From Eledone cirrhosa (Eukaryota), in contig OZ024757.1 in NCBI GenBank assembly GCA_964016885.1, positions 33,728,001-33,792,000 on the forward strand: a stretch of 64,000 nucleotides of DNA, written 5' to 3'. Under the pieces are notes generated by a model, which had not been told where the DNA came from, ran no database searches, and saw only the letters and a program-made list of their open reading frames with translations. How positions within the stretch are numbered: the stretch's first letter is position 1; each line of letters starts with the position of its first letter. Both the position numbers and the translations under genes were made by a program. This document shows positions 13,169-27,054 of the stretch, piece by piece.

Positions 13169-13530
13169 CATCATCATCATCATCATCAGGTTTAGCGTCC
13201 GTGTTCCACGCTTGCATGGGTTTGGACGGGGGTTTTCCCACTTGAGGCAAGAGTGGTTGTCTTGCTCGCATAGGACTGTCTGGCGGGTTTTCTACAGTTG
13301 GATGCCCTTCCTAACACCAACCACATTTACAGTGTGGGGCTGGGAGGTTTTTACCGTGTTGCCTACACGGCCACATTACAGCGTGGACTGTCTGGCGGGT
13401 TTTCTACAGCTGGATGCCCTTCCTAACACCAACCACATTTACAGTGTGGGGCTGGGAGGTTTTTACCGTGTTGCCTACACGGCCACATTTACAGCGTGGA
13501 CTGTGTGTTTTTTTTGTCGTGACACCTACA
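13168..13530 (-). mobile_element. RTE-tail SINE-like repeat with internal ~112-bp tandem duplication
   Basis: GGACTGTCTGGCGGGTTTTCTACAG block repeated at ~13273 and ~13385. Confidence 0.75.
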
Positions 13531-13632
13531 CGATCTATATATATATATATGGGTATGTATGTGGTTTGTCCCACTTGAGGCAAGTTGGGCTGAGTGTCCA
13601 TGTCTTGCACATATAGAACTGTGTATATATAT

Positions 13633-13790
13633 GTCATCATCATCATCGTTTTTACATCCGCTTTTCCTTGCTTGCATGGGTAGGACTGGTCCTTGTCAGC
13701 ACAGCATCTCTCCATTTGTCGCGTTCCTTTGTCATCTCCTCTGCCAGTCTTAGAGATTTGAGGTCCGCTCACACAACCTCTGCCCAGGTC
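13633..13790 (-). mobile_element. RTE family A extreme 3' fragment
   Basis: Similar to 142-300. Confidence 0.8.
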
Positions 13791-14112
13791 TATCTTGCTT
13801 TTTGGTAAATATCATCTTGGTTAAGAGAGTCGGACTGGCTTTGTGCAGTGCCTTTGCTTACTATAAAAGCTTCACGGCACAGGCATTGCTTTATATCTGG
13901 AGATCTCTCTACACTTGTCATCTTGATGTGGAACTCTGGCTGGCCGTAGCCTAAAAAGGCAAACTACATTGGAATGAAGGTACCTAACACAATTGAAGTA
14001 AATGGCAATAAGGGCTCTGGATCAGCATCATGTGAAAGGGTCTGGCCCGGCAGGTGTCCCAGGGCACCGCGATATATTAACAAATGGAAACTATATTTAT
14101 AAAACCATATTT

Positions 14113-14175
14113 ATTTCATTATACATATTTCAAGGACACCAAAGCAAATTTTGGTGCGCTTTCATCAGATAAAAT
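14113..14175 (-). ncRNA. Type I hammerhead ribozyme (family HH-D)
   Basis: Minus strand: ATTTTAT CTGATGA AAG..CACCA..TGGTG..CTT GAAA TATGTA TA ATGAAAT. Confidence 0.7.
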
Positions 14176-14596
14176 ATAATATAGATCAGTTTTATAAACA
14201 AATATTGACATACCCTTAAAAGAATGCGACCATGTCTGTTGGAAGCTCCCGGATAGTGGGGTTACTAATTTTATTATTGGTCTATTATGCAAATTAGTGT
14301 CGGAGAGGTTTAAATCCCATACATTTAAATTAAGCCGTTGGAATAGGGAAAAAATTGGTTATAAAAATATTTGCTTGTTGTATCCCAACAAATTAAATAT
14401 AACTTCTACATATATATATATGTATATACTTCTGATATACACAATAAACGTATATATATATATATATATGAAGGTGAGTGGCTGAGTGGTTAGAGAATTG
14501 GATTCACAATCTTGACGAAAGTCAATCGATCCTTATGTTATATATATATATAAAGGACGATTTGTTATGTCTTTATTACGTTTGTGTATAGCAAAA

Positions 14597-14651
<55 letters not shown>

Positions 14652-14880
14652 GAGGTTATATTTAATTTGTTGGCATTCAACAAGCTTAAAAGTTTTTTAT
14701 AACTGATATAAAGCACTCAATAAGTTAGTAGAGTAAATATATAATATATTAACAAATGGAAACTATATTTATAAAACCATATTTATTTTATTATAAATTA
14801 CTATCCAGGAAGCTCCAACCGTTAAGGTTGTCTTTTTTCAGGGTATGTCAATATTTATTTATAAAACTAATCTGTATTGT

Positions 14881-14944
14881 ATTTTATCTGATGAAAGCGC
14901 ACCATAATTTGCCTTGGTGGCCCTTGAAATATGTATAATAAAAT
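14881..14944 (+). ncRNA. Type I hammerhead ribozyme (family HH-D)
   Basis: ATTTTAT CTGATGA AAG..CACCA/TGGTG..CTT GAAA TATGTA TA ATAAAAT; 7-bp stem I; near-palindromic stem III. Confidence 0.8.
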
Positions 14945-15663
14945 AAATATGGTTTTATAAATATAGTTTCCATTTGTTAATATATTGTATATATATAAAT
15001 ATATATATATATATATCAGAAGTGGAAGTATACAATCAAATTTCAAAAGAGAGTAGAGTCAGGTAGAGGTGATTGCTCAATGTTTATCTCATGCAAAACG
15101 AAAGTTAATGATGCATTTAGGAAATAAACAGAGCATGTATAATCAAAAGTTTTTTTTTTTTTTCTTCTAAGTGGTTAGAGAATTGGATTCACAATTGTGA
15201 GAATGTGAGTTCGATTCCCGGACCTGGCGAGGCATTATGTCATTAGACAAGACAGTTTATTTCACGTTGGAAAGACCAATGGAAACATCGTTTCTCCGGT
15301 CCGATTTGACGAAAGTCGATCGCCTGTCGATATATATGTCTAAAGTCTGTCTTAATCCAGAAGGCTCATTTGGGCGGTGCTTATCCCGGTTTCATGGCAT
15401 GAAGCGACTGAGAGTACAGGACTCCCTCCTGGATGACGCCAGTCCACCGCAGGGTTAAACCCCAGCTATTCCCTTTTTCCTTCTTCTATATTTTTCTCTC
15501 TCTCTCCTTTTCCCCCCTCATAACTTCCTTTAGTTATTGACGCACTGGAGCTAGACAGTCTTTAATGCGTAGAAATGTCCGTGACCTTCAGCAGACAACT
15601 AATGAAGGGAAATTATCCTCCGTTCGTGCTTTCCTCTTATTTATAAATACAATATGTGTGTGT

Positions 15664-16044
15664 GCCTTTGTCAAGGCAGAATTCTAGGAGAAGGAAAACT
15701 CTGATATAACACCTGCAACCCTGATGGTATCCAATGATGTTGACTTGTTCTTCTTTTTGATAAATATCATCTTGGTTAAGAGAGTGAGACTGGCTTTGTG
15801 CTCACTATAAAAGCTTCACGGCACAGGCATTGCTTTATATCTGGAGGTCTGTCTGCACTTGTCATCACATGGTACCATGGGCCCAGCACTATGTGTCAAT
15901 AATTGTCACAAGTGTAGTGTTTGTACCAGAGTTTTCAAGTCGCTGGCTGGGCTAAAAAGTCACACTCGTTCAGCGCATCGGTAGGGGTTCTCCTACATGG
16001 ATATAAAGTAGTGGCCGTACTCGAAAACGAGTTGGCAGCCACCA
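15664..16044 (+). mobile_element. 5'-truncated copy of the 56680-57284 element
   Basis: High identity to ~56900-57284; another fragment at ~13798-13922. Confidence 0.85.
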
Positions 16045-16106
16045 TATATATATATATATATTAAAATATAAATATTAATAAAATAGATGTTCTTTTGATC
16101 AATTAC

Positions 16107-16159
16107 ATTTTATTATACATATTTCGGATGTACAACAGTACGTCCTCATCAGACAAAAT
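16107..16159 (-). ncRNA. Type I hammerhead ribozyme (HH-D-like)
   Basis: Minus strand: ATTTTGT CTGATGA GGACGTAC TGTT GTACATCC GAAA TATGTA TA ATAAAAT. Confidence 0.85.
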
Positions 16160-16162
16160 ATA

Positions 16163-16285
16163 ATTGTTTCTACTTTTGGCACAAGGCCAGCAATTATCCC
16201 AGTGCATTACTGGTACTTTATTTTATCGACCCCGTAAGGATGAAAGGCAAAGTTAACCTAGGCGAGATTTGAACTCAGAATGGCA
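16163..16285 (-). mobile_element. SINE S1, 5'-truncated
   Basis: Matches the 2045-2225 element. Confidence 0.85.
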
Positions 16286-16377
16286 AGGGCCGTAACTCTA
16301 TACATCAAAGCATAATGATACATGACATACCCTGAGATGTTAAATGGTTAAGATTTAATCAAGGTAGTGATTAACCT

Positions 16378-16957
16378 ATATGTGTGTGTGTGTTTATGTG
16401 CGTATATCAGAGTATATTAACACATGCGAGTGTGGGTATATATATATATATGTGTGTGTGTGTGTGATCGCCCAGACATGGTTGGGTGGTTAAGAAGTTC
16501 ATATCTTAGCGTACCTGTGAGTGTATGTATGTATGCATTTATGTACATGTGTGTGTGTGTGTGAATGTAAATAAAGAAGCCTAACGTGAGTATCTGCAAT
16601 TTATTCTCTATTCCAACTGGTTGTAAATACCTTTCTACATACATATACATACATTATATATACATATATATATATATCTGCGTATATATGCATGTGTATA
16701 TATATCATCATCATTATTTTTGGCAGTATCGGTAGAAGGTCGGACGCCATGCTTTCCAGCATAGTTACGTCCCTTTACGATCTGAGTTCAAATCCCGTCG
16801 AGGTTAACTTTGCCTTTCATCCTTACGGGGTCGATAAAATAAAGTACCAGTAATGCACTGGGTAATTGCTGGCCTTGTGCCAAACGTAGAAACAATTATT
16901 TAACGTCCGTATTCCCTGCTGATTGCACGGTCTTAACAGGTCACTACACACAGTGTT

Positions 16958-17015
<58 letters not shown>

Positions 17016-17335
17016 AACACTGTATGTAGTGACCTGTTAAGACCTTGCAATCAGCAGGGAATACGGACGTTAAATAATGATGATGATATATATACACATG
17101 CATATATACGCAGACATACATTATATATATATATATATGTATATATAATGTATGTATATGTATGTAGAAAGGTGTTTACAACCAGTTGAAATAGAGAATA
17201 AATTGCAGATACTCACGTTAGGCTTCTTTATTTACATTCACACACACACACACACACACATGTACATAAATGCATACATACACTCACAGGTACGCTAAGA
17301 TGTGAACTTCTTAACCACCCAACCATTCTGAGCGA

Positions 17336-17412
<77 letters not shown>

Positions 17413-17467
17413 CCCACACTCGCATGTGTTAATACACTCCGATATACACACATAAACACACACACAC

Positions 17468-17471
<4 letters not shown>
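16378..17471. repeat. ~1.1-kb palindrome with (TA)n apex near 16988
   Basis: The arms are reverse complements with scattered substitutions; only the left arm carries a SINE. Confidence 0.9.
16720..16894 (+). mobile_element. SINE S1 with 7-bp TSD inserted in the palindrome arm
   Basis: ATTATTT at 16713-16719 and 16895-16901; the empty site is preserved in the other arm (GGACGTTAAATAATGATG). Confidence 0.9.
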
Positions 17472-17530
<59 letters not shown>

Positions 17531-17843
17531 CACGTTTGGTCTTCAGATACCACAAACTTGCATATTACGCAAGTAGGATTGTTGATTTTAGATTCATAGA
17601 AACCTATCGGAGGTGTCACATAAATACCCCCTCGATACTGCCTAGGTTTGTTATCTAACCTAATTGTATTTTCGTTGCTTTGGTGTATTATGTAGTTTTC
17701 AATTACTCATGCTAACTAACGTATGTTAATTATTCTAAAGGTGCTGCCTATCGAAACATCCTTATCGAGTGCTTTTGTGCAAACCTAATTGTATCTCGTG
17801 AGCTTGGCCACAGCTATAACTTCGATTTTACTAACCTTCCATT

Positions 17844-17878
<35 letters not shown>

Positions 17879-17889
17879 TTATTTATTTC

Positions 17890-18037
17890 ATATAGAAAAG
17901 GCTTCTACAGGACTAGAACTGTTTCATTCTCCCGAATGAAACAGTTCTAGTCCTGTAGAAGCCTTTTCTATATTAAATATTTATACTCTGCTTTGTATTG
18001 AGTACCTTACTTACTGTGGTTACCTCCGATTGAACCC

Positions 18038-18041
<4 letters not shown>
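17890..18041. mobile_element. HH-B fold-back mini-element
   Basis: Perfect hairpin 17890-17973 with loop TCCC (the HHR stem II loop), then the family tail ending GATTGAACCCGGGA before (TA)n. Confidence 0.85.
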
Positions 18042-18086
<45 letters not shown>

Positions 18087-18088
18087 TG

Positions 18089-18137
<49 letters not shown>

Positions 18138-18208
18138 TGTATATACATACATATATATATATATATATACTGTATATACATACATATATATATATATATA
18201 TACTGTAT

Positions 18209-18239
<31 letters not shown>

Positions 18240-18442
18240 CTGTACATACATATATATATATATATATATATACTGTATATACATATATATATATACTGTA
18301 TATACATACATATATATATATATATATATACAGTATATATATATATATATGTATGTACATATATACAGTATATATATATATGTATGTACATATATACAGT
18401 ATATATATATATATACAGTATATATATATGTCCATATATACA

Positions 18443-18478
<36 letters not shown>

Positions 18479-18922
18479 TGTATATATGTATATATATATA
18501 TATACTGTATATATGTATATATATATATACTGTATATATGTATATATATATATACTGTATATATGTATATATATATATACTGTATATATGTATATATATA
18601 TATATACTGTATATATGTATATATATATATACCGTATATATGTATATATATATATACCGTATATATGTATATATATATATACCGTATATATGTATATATA
18701 TATATACCGTATATATGTATATATATATATATATATATACTGTATATATGTATAGATATATATATACTGTATATATATACATACATATATATATATACTG
18801 TATATATATATATACATACATATATATATATATGCTGTATATATATATATATATATATATATACTGTATATATGGACATACATATATATATATATACTGT
18901 ATATATATATATATATATATAT

Positions 18923-18986
<64 letters not shown>

Positions 18987-19031
18987 TGTATATATATATA
19001 TATATATACATACATATATATATATATATAT

Positions 19032-19066
<35 letters not shown>

Positions 19067-19142
19067 CTATATATATATATATATATATATACTATATATA
19101 CTGTATATATATATGTACATATATATATATATACATACATAT
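18042..19142. repeat. 1.1-kb interrupted (TA)n microsatellite
   Basis: (TA)n punctuated by CTG/CCG, with a locally inverted CAG block at ~18330-18445. Confidence 0.95.
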
Positions 19143-19323
19143 AATTGTTTCTACTTTAGGCACAAGGCCAGCAATTATCCCAGTGCATTACTGGTACTTT
19201 ATTTTATCGACCCCGTATACATACATATAATATAAGATCAAAAGATGGTTAAAAGAGTTCCAAGTATTTTATTATGCGCATTTCAAAAACAAATATCATC
19301 CTACATATACATACATATATATA

Positions 19324-19370
<47 letters not shown>

Positions 19371-19559
19371 CATTGTGCTTAGGTGTGCTTAAGCACTGGG
19401 CTCCGTTGGCCAGGGGGACCCATCTTGCTGCAAAAAAATGTTTTAGCTCCTTCAGGGCCCTAGTAAGGGGCTTCATAACTTAACTAGCAGAGGGCCTCAT
19501 TTGATCTAAATTCGACACTGTATATATATATATATATATGAGAGAGGGGGGGGTGAAAG

Positions 19560-19865
19560 GGGCGAGTCTGATCCGAGTGAACGGGCCCGCTCTGAGTATG
19601 CGCCTGTAGACTGAGGAGTGAAAAACTGAGAGAGGGCGCTTGCCCTGGTGGTGAGGGTGGCCGTGGTCTTTTGTGTGGTTTTCGCCACGTGTGACCCTTG
19701 GAAGTCCCCCCCCCCCCTTATTGCGGAATTTTTGTTGTTTGAATTTTATATTTCTATCTTCTTGTTATAACCCTTTTTACACGGCCAAAACTCACTTTGT
19801 ATCGTCCTGTGCCGTTTGTAATGTTTTTCTTCATGTTAGCCCTTGTGGCCAATAAAGAAACCATT

Positions 19866-19881
<16 letters not shown>
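19560..19881 (+). mobile_element. LINE 3' UTR with (ATT)n tail (L1/Tx1-type family of 63040-64000)
   Basis: GCCCTTGTGGCCAATAAAGAAACC(ATT)n is shared with 63967-64000 and 62579-62620(-). Confidence 0.6.
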
Positions 19882-19909
<28 letters not shown>

Positions 19910-19911
<2 letters not shown>

Positions 19912-20376
19912 CTTCATATATATCGGTTACACCATAAAGCGCTCCACATTTAGGAGCTTAATCCTTAGGGTAAATATTGATGCAACCCAACTCAACATAC
20001 TTTTTGCACATAGGAATGACGGAGTATATTTAGAATAAGAAAATGCGAAGTTTTTTATTGATAAGGCTGTGATACATATTTCAATGACGACAGCGATTCT
20101 GCGTACCCAGTGTCATGATCTCATCAGACAGCTTCTTACATAATAAGGTTACGTTCCCGAGGCAATCCAAATTGAAAGGAACGGGCGAAGGCTTCAACTT
20201 CAAGAGCATCACCTTTGTCCGTTCCTTTGTCGTTTCAATTTGGATTGCCTCGAGAACGTTACCTTATTATGTAAGAAGCTGTCTGATGAGAACATGGCAC
20301 TGGGTACGCAGAATTGCCTGGCAACTGTCACAGCCTATCAATAAAGGACTTTAACAATTGAAACTACTTCGCATTT
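19910..20376. mobile_element. Fold-back element with HHR (family HH-E)
   Basis: Inverted repeat 20040-20376. Minus-strand HHR at 20066-20132: GCTGT CTGATGA ..ATGAC..GTCAT.. GAAA TATGTA TC ACAGC. The plus-arm copy lacks the GAAA region. Confidence 0.75.
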
Positions 20377-20384
20377 CTATATAT

Positions 20385-20583
20385 ATAACGAAGGAGGTGT
20401 GGTAAGGAACCAGGTGGACCATAACGCACCAGAGTACTCAATACTTAGGGTAATAGAGTGGCTAATAGGAAAATGTTTGACCCCGACGTCAGAGCTCAAG
20501 CCGTTTCGACGGCTATTTCTGGACGGAGCCAGAAATAGCCGTCGAAACGGCTTGAGCTCTGCCGTCGGAGTCAAACATTTTCA
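20385..20583. mobile_element. HH-C fold-back mini-element
   Basis: Hairpin 20470-20581 made of the HHR 3' half GAAA CGGC TTGAGCTCT GCCG TC GG(G/A)GTC; long arm on the left. Confidence 0.8.
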
Positions 20584-20811
20584 TATATATATATTTACTC
20601 TTTCACCTGTTCCAGCCATCCGGCTGAGGCCATGCCATATATATATTCATACGCACACGTGCGCGCACGCTCACAAAGATTGAGGGTTGTATATACACAA
20701 ACATACATTCAGTATGTATATGCACACGTATATAAACCACTACGTATATGTCATACGGTTTCCTTTTCTTTCTATCGAAATATATGTATGTATGACCTGA
20801 ACAACCATATG

Positions 20812-20853
<42 letters not shown>

Positions 20854-20978
20854 ATATATATGTATATATGTATAGACACACACACACATACATTTGAACA
20901 AACAATAATGACAGTTGTTATATATTGATTGAAACCTAACCAACAACAATACAATATATAATCATAAATGTGGGTGTG

Positions 20979-21009
<31 letters not shown>

Positions 21010-21010
<1 letters not shown>

Positions 21011-21182
21011 GGACAAAGTATGACCCCCGACGGCAGAGCTCAAGCCGTTTCGAAATAGCCGTCGAAACGGCTTGAGCTCTGCCGTCGGGGTCATACTTTC
21101 TCCTATTACCCACTCTACTACCCTAAGTATTGAGTACTCTGGTGTGTTATGGTCCATCTGGTTCCTTACCACAACTCCTTCG

Positions 21183-21186
<4 letters not shown>
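21010..21186. mobile_element. HH-C fold-back mini-element
   Basis: Arms 21015-21051 and 21064-21099; long arm on the right ending CCACAACTCCTTCGTTAT. Confidence 0.8.
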
Positions 21187-21222
<36 letters not shown>

Positions 21223-21535
21223 ACAAGAGGAAGCTTAGTAAAATCGAAGCTTTGGTTGTGGGCAAGCAAAGCCGACCTACGGCAAGGAATGGGTAGCAAA
21301 GCACTAAATAAGGGTAGGTCCTTAGAGTAATAACATTACGTTTAAAAGCTTGACAAATTGAATATTGCGGTAGGCAAAACCCAACCATACAATACCAAAA
21401 ACAACAAAAGAACTCTACGGAAATAGAACTGTTTCATTCGAAAGAAATCACAAGGATTTGATGTTAACCTTCTACTAATATATTGACTACCTTACTAATT
21501 GTGGTTACCCCCCGATTGAACCCCTGGGACTCATA

Positions 21536-21565
<30 letters not shown>

Positions 21566-21567
<2 letters not shown>

Positions 21568-21752
21568 ACGAAGGAAATGTGGTAAGGAACCAGGTGGACC
21601 ATAACGCATCAAAGTACTCAATACTTAGGGTAGCAGGAACAAGTATGACCCCGATGGCAGAGCTCAAGCCGTTTCGACGGCTAATTCTGGACAGTCCAGA
21701 ATTAGCCGTCGAAACGGCTTGAGCTCTGCCGTCGGGGTCATACTTGTTCCTA
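21566..21752. mobile_element. HH-C fold-back mini-element
   Basis: Near-perfect palindrome 21635-21751 centred on 21693. Confidence 0.8.
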
Positions 21753-21769
21753 TATATATATATATATAT

Positions 21770-22165
21770 ATAATTTCGTTTAAAACTAAAGGTGCTCGCG
21801 GATTCATAACATAACTAATATATTTCTTCATTGTTATATGTGTCCTGATTCTTTTCACATTACCCACTCTACTACCTTAAGTATTGAGTACTCTGGTGCG
21901 TTATGGTCCACCTGGTACGTTACCAACCCTCTTAAGGTAGTAGAGTGGGTAATGTGAAATATATATATATATTTATACTAAAGAGGGTTGGTAACGTACC
22001 AGGTGGACCATAACGCACCAGAGTACTCAATACTTAAGGTAGTAGAGTGGGTAATGTGAAAAGAATCAGGACACACATATAACAAAGCAAACGACACAGT
22101 ACAATGAAGAAATATATTAGTTATGTTATGAATCCGCGAACACCTTTAGTTTTAAACGAAATTAT
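21770..22165. repeat. Tail-to-tail inverted pair of HH-C-related tails
   Basis: Arms 21770-21933 and 21981-22165 around a short TA tract. Confidence 0.85.
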
Positions 22166-22349
22166 GAGATAGAGAGGGGGGGGGGAGATGCTGTATGCTT
22201 ACAGTTTTCCTATCATTACTCTAGACCTAGACTATCGAACTGATATTGATAACTAACCCCATGCGTGTATATATATATATATATACATACATACATACCA
22301 ACATGTCCTGTCTTTCACTTTGTCTCTCCTACTCTCTCTCTCTCTCCCT

Positions 22350-22380
<31 letters not shown>

Positions 22381-22599
22381 ACACATACATATATATATAT
22401 AAACACACATCTACATATTTCATTCTTCTTAATGTATCGAATACTTTTTCTCCCGTAATTGCACACACGCACGCACCTGTTTACACACATATATATATAT
22501 ATATAGTGATAATAATAAAATTGAAGACTAAAATCCAAAGAGGGCTCGATAAGGAAAATATATATCAGATATATAAGAACCGATATATATATATATATA

Positions 22600-22873
<274 letters not shown>

Positions 22874-23247
22874 ATACATCTATAGTATATATATATTCAT
22901 TATATATTTGTATGTACGTATATATATATATATATATAAACATACATCGGTTATTTATTTAATGTATCTGACTAAGATACATTAAGCAATGCAACGTATA
23001 GACCTGTTAAGACACAATCACACACACACACACTCACCCTCACAGACAATCACACACACACACACACTCACCCTCACAGACAATCACACACACACTCACA
23101 TATACATATGCGATTTGTTTTGGTTTCTCTGGATATACTAACTAAAGATTCAAAGATGGTTTGCCTCTTGTAATATATAAATATGTTACGTTCTGATGCT
23201 GACACACACGTGTGTGTGTGTACATGTTAGTATATCCGCACTCTGGC

Positions 23248-23290
<43 letters not shown>

Positions 23291-23475
23291 TATAGAAGAG
23301 CTTCTACAGGACTAGAACTGTTTCATTCGTGAGAAATCATCAGAGAGCTCCCTGATGATTTCTCCCGAATGAAACAGTTCTGGGCCTGTAGAAGCTATTC
23401 TATATTAAAACTTTCATACTGTGCTATGTATTGAGTACCTTACTTACTGTGGTTACCTCCGATTCAACCCTGAAT
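23291..23475. mobile_element. HH-B element with two back-to-back complete HHR cores
   Basis: Minus core 23299-23349 and plus core 23346-23396 overlap at the palindrome GAGCTC (23345-23350). Confidence 0.8.
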
Positions 23476-24246
<771 letters not shown>

Positions 24247-24863
24247 ATAGATATATATATAAACAAATGTAATATAGACATTGCTTCTACAGGAATAGAA
24301 CTGTTTCATTCGACGGAATGTGCGTATATGTATTTACATGTGTGTGTGTGTGTTTTTTGTTAGTTTGTTTTGTTTTGTTGTTTCTTTAGGAGACTGCTAT
24401 TAAGATATTTAGAGATCGTAAGAAGGTAGAGTTTCGCTCTATCCCAGTTACAAATAGAGGTGTGTGTGCGCACATACACACGTAGACTCACACACACACA
24501 CGCACATACATGCATTCATACACATATACACACACACACGTAAATACGCAGACTCATACATATACACACGCGTACACATACACGCAAACGCGCACACACA
24601 TACACACACACGTAAATATGCAGACTCACATACGTACTCATACGCGCACACACGCACGCACATACACACATGTAAATACGCAGTCTCCCATACATATACA
24701 CACGCGTACACCTACCCACAGACGCACGCACGCACATACACACGCATACACACACACGCATACACAGGCACACACACACGCAAATACGCAGACTCATATA
24801 CATATACACACGCGCACGCACATACACACACACACATGTATAGGGGTGGGGGCTCGGACTCAC

Positions 24864-24991
24864 AACAACTGTTTTTAAAAACGTGAAGAAAACATGTTTG
24901 TTGTTAACCTAGCACAAAGAAAAATGCGGGATGGTCACGGTTGGAATGCGTGCTTTTTTTATCTCAAGTCTTCTCCTTTCATTGCTAAACT
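24864..24991 (-). other. Candidate non-coding exon
   Basis: Unique island bounded by CTCTCTATTTCTCCAG| and |GTGAGT on the minus strand; all three frames are closed. Confidence 0.35.
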
Positions 24992-25022
24992 CTGGAGAAA
25001 TAGAGAGAGACAGGCAGATGTA

Positions 25023-25122
<100 letters not shown>

Positions 25123-25543
25123 AAGAAAGACAGGCAGATGTAGATATATATATATAGAGAGAGAGAGAGACAGATGTAGATAGATAGAGGGAGAGGGAGT
25201 GACAGCAGATGTAGATATATATATATAGAGAGAGAGACAGAGAGCGACAGACAGATGTAGATAGATAGAGGGAGAGATACATACATACATAAATAGATAG
25301 TTAGAGAGAGAAAGGTAGGTAGGAAGATAGATAGATAAAGAGGGAATAAAGAGAAAGAAAGAGAGAGATGAGTGTATAGTATACATGATATATAGACATT
25401 AGGAAAAATATAGAGTACTCAATACTAATTTAAAGGAGGCTGGAAAAATGAAATCGTCCGGAGATTGGAAACTTGGAGTAACGTTGTGTGACGTTTCAGC
25501 TACTCATAAAATTCTACATAATAAAAACACATCATGCATATAA

Positions 25544-25599
<56 letters not shown>

Positions 25600-25622
25600 C
25601 ACACACACACATATATATATAT

Positions 25623-25677
<55 letters not shown>

Positions 25678-25889
25678 AACATACACACACATAAATATAT
25701 ATATATATACATACATGTATAGGTATTGCAGAAAGAAAATATACATGCGTATATGTGTGTAACGTATGTATGCATATGTGTGTGTATGTAGGCATGTATG
25801 TGTGTATACATATGTCAATGAGGACATGTGTGATCTCATACTAAATATATTAACGAAATTATAACGCCGTTAAATTATATACATCAATA

Positions 25890-25922
<33 letters not shown>

Positions 25923-27010
25923 TTAGATAGATACATATACATACATACACATATTTGGCTTTGTGTAATGTAGTTTTTTTTAACCCCTGGTCAGTCATGA
26001 TCAAGCCACCAGTCTTATGATCAAGGGTATTCCGATCGTAACTTCTTGTCGTCTCCCCTATTCCATACCCTACCCACAGTTTATCTAGGACTACATTCTC
26101 TAATGTGCTTGTCATTCCATCTTTTAAAAGACGATATAGTATGATTCTAGGGAAATTTGGCTGCTATTTCTAGCAGGTTGAGCGATCACCATATTCTGTC
26201 GCGTTTTTGTTATTGCTATTGTTTAGTCCCAGGTCGACACAGAAGGAGCAGAAATATGATCAGAGACGCTCCATTGGTGACCAGCCCATATTTTGGGGAT
26301 GATGCATCTCGGAATATGTAATGCAATGTATCTTTTTTTTTTTTTCTTCTTGTAAGATATTAGGGGTCCAAAATGAATTGGCACCAAAACATTGTGCAAG
26401 ATCTACGGCTGGTGAACAAGGAATTGAAGGTTGTATCAGCCCTAATTTGGGATATTAAGGGCTGAATTGCCCTCATTATCTCATGCTTCACGAAACGTGG
26501 GAGCTTCTATGTCTAAGGGAGGGAATTTGGCTACTATTTCTAGCCTGCTTCAGTAACTACATAGCAAGTCTGTCCGTCATTGGCTCGTATCGTGTAATAT
26601 AGTGTAGCATAATAGTAATGTAATATAGTATGGTGTAGTTTGGTAGAGCATAATACAGTAATACAGGTGTTAAATAAATATAAATATATGTATATATAAT
26701 ATGTATATATTACATGTATAAACAAACCACGAAGCAGTCCTTGGCTCCTCTTCTAAGAAATATCTTTTCTCCAATGGTGTTCCATACAATAAAATGTGCT
26801 CCAGTCTTGTCACTCACTTCTGTCGACACTTGCTTGCATGTATAAACAAATAGGCCGCTTTGTCATTATATATATATAAATATATTTATACATATATACA
26901 TACATGCGTAACCTTTATATATTTATATATTTATACACGCACACATGGACAGTATAAATGCATATAAAGAAAAGCTGGCTATATATGTATATATATATAT
27001 ATATATATGC

Positions 27011-27054
<44 letters not shown>

